A stretch of 32,000 bases of DNA from the NCBI GenBank assembly GCA_003144275.1, contig NJBF01000021.1, forward strand, positions 40,724 to 72,723. Reading direction: 5' to 3'. Of this stretch, positions 1-7,661 are shown piece by piece. The DNA is from Candidatus Heimdallarchaeota archaeon B3_Heim (GTDB lineage Archaea > Asgardarchaeota > Heimdallarchaeia > Hodarchaeales > Hodarchaeaceae). Below the pieces are notes generated by a model, which was not told the DNA's origin, made no database searches, and worked only from the letters and a program-made list of their open reading frames with translations. The number at the start of each line of letters is the position of its first letter. Position 1 is the first letter of the stretch. Position numbers and translations under genes: made by a program.

Positions 1-1410
1 AAGATTGTCCAAATTGCTGAATTAGCTGATATGCGATATGGTGTAAAAGGGTTCCTAGTATACCAACCATGGTCCACTATAGCAATAAAACGAATGTTTG
101 ACCTCTATGAACAAGAATTGGAAGAATTTGGACATAATCCAGTTATTTTTCCAAGTGTAATCCCTGAATCAAATTTTCAGGTCGAAGCTGATCATGTGGA
201 GGGATTTGCTCCTGAAGTGTTTTGGATTTCCTCGGCAGGAAGTACTGGTATGTTAGAGGAACGACTTGCCCTAAGACCTACAAGTGAAACAGCAATGTAT
301 CCTTTATACTCCTTGTGGATAAGAAGCTGGCGTGATTTACCTCTTAAACTCTATCAATCAGGCAAAGTGTGGCGATACGAAGGAAAATCTACACGACCTT
401 TCCTCAGGGGACGTGAATTCATCTGGATAGAATCCCACAACGTATTCACGACTATGGAAGAAGCGGAAGCACAAACCCGTGAAGATATGCAAATTTCGAT
501 AAATGTAATGCATGACCGTTTTGGAATTCCATTCATACAATTTCAGCGTCCAGAGTGGGATAAGTTTGCAGGAGCCGTTCATACATACGCTGCGGATACA
601 TTGATGCCCGATGGACGATTTCTTCAACTACCCTCTACTCATCTGTTAGGAGATAACTTTTCTAAGGCGTTTGGAATAAACTATATGGATGATGAAGGTG
701 TATCACATCCTGCATATCAGACTTGTTACGGCCCAGCAATTTCAAGAATTTTTGGTGGAATGATTGCTGTACATGGTGATGACTCGGGATTGATTTTTCC
801 TTTTGAAGTTGCTCCAGTTCAAGTGGTTATTGTCCCAATTTTGGCCAAAAAACAAGCAACTAAAGTCAAGAACTACGCTGAAGAACTCCGGATGCTTGTA
901 AAGGCTATGGGCTATCGAGTTCAAATTGATGCTAGTGATAAACGTCCAGGGGATAAGTACTATTACTGGGAGATGAAAGGAGTTCCTATACGCCTAGAAG
1001 TTGGCCGTCGTGAAGCAAAGGAGGATCAGATTACAATTTTTAGACGAGATAATCGAGAAAAAACTATAATATCCAAAACTGAATTAGAAGCAACAATAAA
1101 GAAGGTAGGTGCCGATCTGAATGAAAGTATTAAAGAACGAGCACAAGAATTTTTCGATTCTCGATTGGCCAGTGCCGAAACACTGAACGAATTAGTTGAA
1201 CATATTAAATCACGAAAGATGGTTAAAATTCCATGGTGTAGCATTGATTTAGACGGAGAAAATTGTGCTGAGGAGATTAAAGATCAATTAGCTGGTGCAG
1301 AAGTCCGGGGAATTGATGTTCAGGAAACAAAAATTCCGTCCAAGGACGAAAAATGCTTTATTTGCGGAAACCAAGCAAAGTGCTTTGTTTACGTTGGAAA
1401 ACAATACTGA
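1..1410 (+). CDS. proS: Prolyl-tRNA synthetase, archaeal/eukaryotic type (5'-truncated by window edge)
   Basis: The frame is open from base 1 (KIVQIAELADMRYGVKG), so the ATG at 31 is internal. Motifs: LRPTSET, WRYE..TRPFLRGREFIW, QTCYG, anticodon-binding domain (GVPIRLEVG), C-terminal Zn Cys cluster (C..C...CFICG). Confidence 0.97.
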   Translation, partial: KIVQIAELADMRYGVKGFLVYQPWSTIAIKRMFDLYEQELEEFGHNPVIFPSVIPESNFQVEADHVEGFAPEVFWISSAGSTGMLEERLALRPTSETAMYPLYSLWIRSWRDLPLKLYQSGKVWRYEGKSTRPFLRGREFIWIESHNVFTTMEEAEAQTREDMQISINVMHDRFGIPFIQFQRPEWDKFAGAVHTYAADTLMPDGRFLQLPSTHLLGDNFSKAFGINYMDDEGVSHPAYQTCYGPAISRIFGGMIAVHGDDSGLIFPFEVAPVQVVIVPILAKKQATKVKNYAEELRMLVKAMGYRVQIDASDKRPGDKYYYWEMKGVPIRLEVGRREAKEDQITIFRRDNREKTIISKTELEATIKKVGADLNESIKERAQEFFDSRLASAETLNELVEHIKSRKMVKIPWCSIDLDGENCAEEIKDQLAGAEVRGIDVQETKIPSKDEKCFICGNQAKCFVYVGKQY

Positions 1411-1422
1411 TCTTTATTACCA

Positions 1423-1971
1423 TTGGAAATGAACTTAATGCCCAAGGAAGAAAAGATTAGAACTGTTTCTACCATTCACGGCAAATCGTTTTCAGTCAAT
1501 CTTGATGAAGCAAAATTACCATCAGGAAGAATCACAGAACGGATTAGAGTAATCCATCCCGATGCATCAGCAGTTATACCCATATTAGATGATGGACGAA
1601 TTATCCTAGTTAAACAATTCAGGTATTCCATCCAAGAAGAAATGTTAGAAATTCCCGCTGGGAAAATAGATAAAGGTGAAACTGCTGAAGAATGTGCAAG
1701 ACGCGAGTTCGCGGAAGAAACGGGGTACTCCGTCTCTAATCTTGAATTCCTTCTCACGTATGTCCCTGCTATTGGATATAGTAATGAAAGATTACATATT
1801 TTCAAGGGAACAGACCTGAAAAAAATCCCTGAATTTGAATATCCGTCAGATGAAATTTCAAGATTAGAAATACTTTCCTTAGCAGAAATTCACACAAAAA
1901 TACATTCAGGTGAAATTCAGGATGGAAAAACAATTGTCGCCATGGCCTTGTTAAGTAAATGCTTCAAATAA
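1423..1971 (+). CDS. nudF: Nudix hydrolase, ADP-ribose pyrophosphatase family
   Basis: Nudix box GKIDKGETAEECARREFAEETG, preceded by QFRY...EIPAG and followed by the DGKT motif. The start is uncertain (TTG 1423 or ATG 1429/1438). Confidence 0.88.
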   Translation: MEMNLMPKEEKIRTVSTIHGKSFSVNLDEAKLPSGRITERIRVIHPDASAVIPILDDGRIILVKQFRYSIQEEMLEIPAGKIDKGETAEECARREFAEETGYSVSNLEFLLTYVPAIGYSNERLHIFKGTDLKKIPEFEYPSDEISRLEILSLAEIHTKIHSGEIQDGKTIVAMALLSKCFK

Positions 1972-2092
1972 AAATTGTGGCTGAGAGCAATTTTTGTGAT
2001 CGATCTATGAAAAAATATTTTCAGATAAGGCTAGTTTTCTTGAGTATTTAAACTATAAAATCTTATATAGGAAAAAGTACCTAGAAATAAGC

Positions 2093-2176
2093 TGGTATGC
2101 TAGGAACTTTTTAAAAAGGTTTTCTTGGTCTTCTCTCAAGTTCTGGATCTTAGGATACAGAAATCCTAGCATACCA
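2093..2176. repeat. 84-nt element bounded by perfect 13-bp inverted repeats (TGGTATGCTAGGA / TCCTAGCATACCA)
   Basis: Read directly: arms at 2093-2105 and 2164-2176, internal palindrome CTTTTTAAAAAG at 2107-2118, and two small hairpins. Confidence 0.8.
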
Positions 2177-2214
2177 CTCCCTCCCCCCATTATTAGGTAT
2201 GTTTGTTTCATAAA

Positions 2215-2946
2215 TTACTTCTTTGTAATTTTAAAGCTTTTAGAAATGAATTCAGGTAATGTTTTCTCAACAGGTCCAAGAATTGTCTTATTCGTCTCCG
2301 AAGATAATGGGGTTAACTCCAGATTGAATTCGTACGTTTCTAAATTCATATTCCCCTCTTTAGCAATAAAGGGAAAATTATTCACCGGATAAACTATCCC
2401 TGATGTTCCAATAATAAGCAACACATCAGTTTCTTTTAATCTGTTATAGGAAAATTGAATAATTTCAGAATTCAATGTTTCATTAAACCACACTACTTTT
2501 GGTCTAAGCATAGAGTTACATTTGATGCATTTGGGAATTTCTGGATTACTAAAAGTTTCTGTAGGTTCCCAGATAGTAATGTCGTGACATTGAATGCATC
2601 TTCGCTGGAAGATTTCTCCGTGGAGATGAATTACTTTACTTGAACCTGCACGCTCATGTAAATTATCAACGTTCTGAGTAAGCACTACAATATTATATCC
2701 AGAGGATTCTAAATTTTCTAGAGCCAAATGGGCCTCATTGGGCTTAGCCTGTGAGACTAATCCTAATCGCCAATAATACCACTCCCAAACTAGCTTGGGA
2801 TTACGAGCAAAAGCCTGAGGGGTAGCTAAGTCCATAACATTATATTTCTTCCATAGTCCATTAGTACCCCTGAAAGTAGGAATGCCAGAGGATTGAGATA
2901 CTCCAGAACCAGTTATTGCAGTTATTTTTGTGTCAAGCGATTTCAT
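2215..2946 (-). CDS. cobB: Sir2-family NAD-dependent protein deacylase, class III
   Basis: GSGVSQSSGIPTFRG, TQNVDNLHERAG, HG, Zn site CIQC/CIKC, LRPKVVWFNE, GTSG. The YxxR motif (WYYWR) is typical of class III desuccinylases. Confidence 0.95.
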   Translation of the reverse strand: MKSLDTKITAITGSGVSQSSGIPTFRGTNGLWKKYNVMDLATPQAFARNPKLVWEWYYWRLGLVSQAKPNEAHLALENLESSGYNIVVLTQNVDNLHERAGSSKVIHLHGEIFQRRCIQCHDITIWEPTETFSNPEIPKCIKCNSMLRPKVVWFNETLNSEIIQFSYNRLKETDVLLIIGTSGIVYPVNNFPFIAKEGNMNLETYEFNLELTPLSSETNKTILGPVEKTLPEFISKSFKITKK

Positions 2947-2991
2947 CCTAATCCACTCTCAAGACGAGTTGTAGTAATTATTATAGATAGG

Positions 2992-3049
2992 TTTTGTGAT
3001 AACTTAGGATATAATACATACATTATTCGGTTCACAATTTATCACAAAA
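2992..3049. promoter_or_regulatory. 11-bp inverted repeat in the divergent cobB/cca intergenic region, possible regulator site
   Basis: TTTTGTGATAA (2992-3002) and TTATCACAAAA (3039-3049), with an extra TCACAA half-site at 3032-3037. Confidence 0.35.
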
Positions 3050-3151
3050 GAACATTAATTTATCAACACAAATGAAGGAAGAAGCAAAAAAGTAAAATCC
3101 AATATTGCAATCACTCACTTTAGGAAAAAGACTCTATCCTGAGTTGACGCT

Positions 3152-4315
3152 GTGTACGATTTAAAGCAAAAAGGAGAAGAATTCTCTACATTATTAGTAC
3201 CTGCGTTAGTAAAGATCATAAGAACACTCCAACTACACGGAAAAGAAGTATTCATTATTGGAGGGGCCGTACGTGATTTCTTGTGCGGTCATCAGGTTAA
3301 AGATTTTGATGTTGCTACAAATGCTGTTCCTGAGCAAATTATTAAGTGGTTAAGTGAAGTAAATATAAAAACCAAGCCTATTGGGGGGAAATATGGAACT
3401 GTTCTGGCCATCAAAGGCAAAAATGCCTTCGATATAAGTACATATAGAAAAGAAACATTTATTACATATGGACAACCTCCCAAGATCACATTTGTAGATT
3501 CTTTGGATGACGATTTAATTAGACGTGATTTCCGAATCAACTCGATATTATATGATCCTGAGAAAAGTGAAATCATCGATAAATATGGAGGTTGGGCTGA
3601 TATTCAGAATCAATCAATCAGTATGATAGGAGACCCAAATATTCGATTAAAAGAGGATGGATTGAGGGTAATTCGTTTAGCAAGATTCATGTCTAAGTTT
3701 AATTTAAACCCAGAACCTGAAATACTGGACGCAGTTCGTTTGGTAGGTGATTCAGTCAAGTTTAGAAGTACCAAGGTAATTCAAATAGAATTATTCAAAT
3801 TTCTGCGTGTTAAGGACTTTCAGAAAGGATTGATGTTGTTATTTGAAAATAAAATACTTCATGGTATTTTTCCCCATTATCCTTTCCAGTTGGCTTTTGA
3901 GGATCACAAGCATTTTTCCTTCTTGATTAATAATTTTTGTTCTCTTCTGATTAGTGATGAATTAGCACGATTGTTCGGTGCATTATTGCTATTTTCAGAT
4001 GAAGCTCAACTTAATGAATCCCATTTTGAACGTATAGGTGAAAATTTAGCACTATCAAATCGCCAACAACAGTTACTACAACGTTTATATGTATCTTGGA
4101 AAAATTTTCCTAGAAATAAAGATAGAAATGAAATTAAAAGATGGGTAAGAGCAACTGGTATAAATACAAGTGAAATAGTAGCTAAAATCTTTTTTCTGAG
4201 TTTACTCAAAGTAGAAGATGCCGTACACGACCAAGAGGAGGAGTATCTGAAAACAATTCAGGAAATGGTGTCTAATCTTAAAACTGGGAAAAAAATAATT
4301 CCAGCTGAGGATTGA
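3152..4315 (+). CDS. cca: Class II tRNA nucleotidyltransferase (CCA-adding / poly(A) polymerase superfamily)
   Basis: GGAVRD...DFDVAT, YRKE, DLIRRDFRINS and EDGLRVIRLARF class II motifs. No HD domain is apparent. GTG start. Confidence 0.88.
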   Translation: MYDLKQKGEEFSTLLVPALVKIIRTLQLHGKEVFIIGGAVRDFLCGHQVKDFDVATNAVPEQIIKWLSEVNIKTKPIGGKYGTVLAIKGKNAFDISTYRKETFITYGQPPKITFVDSLDDDLIRRDFRINSILYDPEKSEIIDKYGGWADIQNQSISMIGDPNIRLKEDGLRVIRLARFMSKFNLNPEPEILDAVRLVGDSVKFRSTKVIQIELFKFLRVKDFQKGLMLLFENKILHGIFPHYPFQLAFEDHKHFSFLINNFCSLLISDELARLFGALLLFSDEAQLNESHFERIGENLALSNRQQQLLQRLYVSWKNFPRNKDRNEIKRWVRATGINTSEIVAKIFFLSLLKVEDAVHDQEEEYLKTIQEMVSNLKTGKKIIPAED

Positions 4316-5583
4316 TTCATATACCAATTCAGTATCAGGAGGTTAAAACTTCTGGAAAAGTCATTAATATATATGAAAATCCCGATTCTTGGTTTTGGCT
4401 GAGCGCATCAATAAATCCTTATAGAGGATGTGAGCATAACTGTTCGTATTGTGATGGTAAGGCGGAATGGTATAGAATCGACAGATTTTCTTCTCATATA
4501 CGAGTAAAGACTGACTCTCATAGAAAATTTGAAAAAGAGCTGCTGACTCTTGGGTATATCCCTAAAGAAAGACCGTCACTAGATAAATTTTTCCAACAAT
4601 CGTCATCCCATATTGTAGCTCCTAAAAAACAACTTTCCTTATTTGCCATCGGTGGAGGGGTCTGTGATGTATATCAACAAGCAGAAGAAAAATATAAAAT
4701 TACTCGAAAACTTCTCCAAGTAGCACACAAATTCATGATTCCTATTTCAATTCTGACTAAGAGTGAAATGGTTGCTCGCGACCTTAAACTTATTCAAAAA
4801 ATTAGTACTCAGTCTTACGCAAATGTTTCGTTTTCTATTACTCAGTTTGATGATGAAGTCCGAAAAGTTTTCGAACCAAACTCTTCCTCTACTGAGAATC
4901 GTTTTGATACACTTGAATTAATTAGAAAGAACGATATTCCTGGAGGAATTATGCTTATGCCTATTCTTCCTGGAATTGGGGATACAGAGGAGAATTTGAG
5001 AAATATTATAAAAAAGGGGAAAGATATTGGGGCAAATTTCGTCCTTCCAGCAGGTCTAACCTTAAAACCAGGAAGGAATAAAGACGAGCTGCTTACCACA
5101 ATCCGAAAAAATTATCCAGAATTTTCACCCCATTATGAACACCTATATTCAAATAATAACAAATATGGCATTCCAATAAGAAATTCAAAATTTTCCCGTA
5201 ATGGAGCCAAAATTGTTCATGAATTCTGCCGTAGGTATGACATTCCAGATAGAATTCCGCGATATCTGTCACCGTGGGCTATTAAGGTTAATTATGTAAT
5301 TAGCACTATTCTGTTCAACTTGGCGTATTATTTCCAATATGTAAGTGAACAAAAGTGGCGGAAAATAGCTAATTTTTCAAAAACTGCTCGTGTTATTGAA
5401 CAATCATCACAATCTGTCGCTTCGTTATCTAAAAAAGAGCTTAGAAATTTAATTTCGGACGAAACAGTTTTGGAAGTTGTAGAAGAAATATTATACAAAG
5501 GTAAATCAACGGTACTCTCTCAATATCAAAATCCTGGGGATGTGTTTGAGGGAAATCAATCCATTGAAGATTTTCTCTCTTGA
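4312..5583 (+). CDS. Radical SAM protein, spore-photoproduct-lyase-like family, with C-terminal helical extension
   Basis: INPYRGCEHNCSYC (CxxxCxxC), D.YQ..E, ILTKS, EP, PILPGI. The TTG start overlaps the cca stop (TTGA). Confidence 0.85.
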   Translation: MIHIPIQYQEVKTSGKVINIYENPDSWFWLSASINPYRGCEHNCSYCDGKAEWYRIDRFSSHIRVKTDSHRKFEKELLTLGYIPKERPSLDKFFQQSSSHIVAPKKQLSLFAIGGGVCDVYQQAEEKYKITRKLLQVAHKFMIPISILTKSEMVARDLKLIQKISTQSYANVSFSITQFDDEVRKVFEPNSSSTENRFDTLELIRKNDIPGGIMLMPILPGIGDTEENLRNIIKKGKDIGANFVLPAGLTLKPGRNKDELLTTIRKNYPEFSPHYEHLYSNNNKYGIPIRNSKFSRNGAKIVHEFCRRYDIPDRIPRYLSPWAIKVNYVISTILFNLAYYFQYVSEQKWRKIANFSKTARVIEQSSQSVASLSKKELRNLISDETVLEVVEEILYKGKSTVLSQYQNPGDVFEGNQSIEDFLS

Positions 5584-5587
5584 ATTC

Positions 5588-6721
5588 TCAAGAACCAGTA
5601 TTTAAAATATCATTAAGCCTCGTTCCAATTACTTCTGTTTTAGCTGTCCCTCCTAGATCGAATGGTAAGTATTTTCCCTCAAGCAGTAGTTCTTGGACAG
5701 CTTTTTCAATTTCATACGAAGCTTGGCTAAACTTAGTTAACCCCTTTTTTCGACTTAACCACTCTAACATCATTGAGGCAGCGAGTATTGCTGCTATTGG
5801 ATTTGCAAGGTGTTTTCCCGCGATATCTGGACCACTTCCATGAATTGGTTCAAATAATCCTTGTGAATCGGGTGACCAACCATTAATTTGTCCGGAAGGT
5901 GCCATTCCCATTCCACCAGCAAACACACTTGAAAGATCAGTTAATATATCCCCAAACATATTTGTGGTGACACATACTGAATATTTTTCTGGGGATCTAA
6001 GTATGTCTTGAGCAAAAGCATCGACCAAAATGTCGTTTGATTCAATATTTGAATATTCTGAGGCAATAGAATAAAATTCTCGTGTGAAGAGCTGGCATCC
6101 TCTGAGGATATTATTTTTATGAATTGCTGTGACTCTTTTTTTTCCATCAATGGGAGCAACTGATTTTTTCTCTTCTGAATATTGAAAAGCCAGACGAATA
6201 ATTCTTTGAGAATTTTGTTTAGTAATAGAACGAGCATCGATTACCTCATCATTATTTTCATTTACTGGTTGTTTTCCGAATGGAGAGGAGTACAATCCTT
6301 CAGTATTTTCCCTGAATATTGTAAAGTTTATATTGGATGGTTCCCAACCTTTTGTAAATTTATTAGATACTTTATGCTTTACACCTGCGTATAATTTTGT
6401 AGGTCTGATATTTGCATATAAATCTAGTCCAAGCCGCAGTCCTAAAACTATATTTGCCCCAGCTATATTATTATCAGGAAGTCGAGCCTTCGGATGACCT
6501 ATTGCACCCAAGAATATCGCATCAGCTTCATTACATAGCTCATACGACCCATCTGGCCATTCTTGACCATGTTGTAGATAGTAACTACCTCCTTCTATTT
6601 CAGTTATTTCAAGATTCAAATCGAATAGATCATTGACACGATTTAAGATCTTGATTCCTTCCGAAACCACCTCTGGGCCAATAAAATCTCCTCCTATTGC
6701 GACAATTTTAATATTAGTCAT
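5588..6721 (-). CDS. leuB: Isocitrate/isopropylmalate dehydrogenase family (LeuB-like beta-decarboxylating dehydrogenase)
   Basis: GDFIGPEV, LDLYANIRP, FRENTEGLYS, NMFGDILTD, FEPIHGSGPDIAGKHLANPIAAI. The exact substrate cannot be determined by eye. Confidence 0.85.
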   Translation of the reverse strand: MTNIKIVAIGGDFIGPEVVSEGIKILNRVNDLFDLNLEITEIEGGSYYLQHGQEWPDGSYELCNEADAIFLGAIGHPKARLPDNNIAGANIVLGLRLGLDLYANIRPTKLYAGVKHKVSNKFTKGWEPSNINFTIFRENTEGLYSSPFGKQPVNENNDEVIDARSITKQNSQRIIRLAFQYSEEKKSVAPIDGKKRVTAIHKNNILRGCQLFTREFYSIASEYSNIESNDILVDAFAQDILRSPEKYSVCVTTNMFGDILTDLSSVFAGGMGMAPSGQINGWSPDSQGLFEPIHGSGPDIAGKHLANPIAAILAASMMLEWLSRKKGLTKFSQASYEIEKAVQELLLEGKYLPFDLGGTAKTEVIGTRLNDILNTGS

Positions 6722-6943
6722 TTTACTATTAAATCTTCCTTATTTCATGGCTGAAACTATTGAATAAGACAATTTTATTTAATTCAACATTCAAAAGGGT
6801 GTTGGTATCATTTTCTATTGAGTTTTCTTGGAAATATGTTTAACTTTAGGTGTATAGACTAGTTTCTGTGAAACCTATATTTATTAAATTTCAGGGTAAG
6901 GTTAAAACGTTTGGAAAAATGAGCGATTGAAAAGGAATTTGTC

Positions 6944-7657
6944 ATGAATTACGATATAAAGTTACAGAACGTCTCAAAATATTATGCAATGGGTAATTCT
7001 AAAGTCAAAGCTCTGGAAAATCTTTCCCTCGAGATTGATCACGGAGAAATTGTTGTATTCTTAGGACCATCTGGATCGGGGAAAACTACACTATTGAATC
7101 TTGTAGGCGCTCTCGAAAATGCGACTAATGGTATGATTACAATTGGAAATAAAGAAATAACACAGATAAAAAGACAAAAACAATTCACCTATAGACGTGA
7201 AACAATTGGTTTCATTTTTCAAACCTTCAACCTTTTTCCAACGTTATCAGCTTTAGAAAATGTTCAGTACGTCGCTGATCTTGCCAAATTAAAACGAAGT
7301 AAACAGAAAGCAATTGAAGCGTTACAAATAGTAGGTTTGGGGGAACGAATTCGTCATTTTCCTCATCAACTTTCTGGTGGAGAACAACAACGAGTTGCTA
7401 TTGCTCGTGCATTAGTCAAAGATGCCCCCATTATATTGGCTGATGAACCAACTGGAGAATTAGATTTCAAAACCGGTAGACAAATTTTGTCACTTCTTGT
7501 TGAGCAGAAGCAGACGAAGAAAACAGTTCTTTTAGTAACGCATAATCGTGAGATATCAAGACTAGCTCATCGTGTAATTGAACTTCAATCTGGACAAATA
7601 GTAGCTGATGGACCCCCAAAAGATGGTACAGTAAGTATTGATAATCTGGAATGGTGA
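6944..7657 (+). CDS. ABC transporter ATP-binding protein (LolD/MacB family)
   Basis: Walker A GPSGSGKT, LSGGEQQRVAIARAL, ILADEPTGELD, VTHN. Confidence 0.95.
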   Translation: MNYDIKLQNVSKYYAMGNSKVKALENLSLEIDHGEIVVFLGPSGSGKTTLLNLVGALENATNGMITIGNKEITQIKRQKQFTYRRETIGFIFQTFNLFPTLSALENVQYVADLAKLKRSKQKAIEALQIVGLGERIRHFPHQLSGGEQQRVAIARALVKDAPIILADEPTGELDFKTGRQILSLLVEQKQTKKTVLLVTHNREISRLAHRVIELQSGQIVADGPPKDGTVSIDNLEW

Positions 7658-7661
7658 TTAC

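Noticed and set aside
1971-1995. AAAATTG/CAATTTT hairpin after nudF
   Set aside because: A weak, AT-only stem that cannot be distinguished from chance.
2093-2176. tRNA or tRNA-Sec call for the multibranch element
   Set aside because: No GTTCRA T-loop, D-loop or well-formed anticodon arm. Kept only as an unexplained repeat element.
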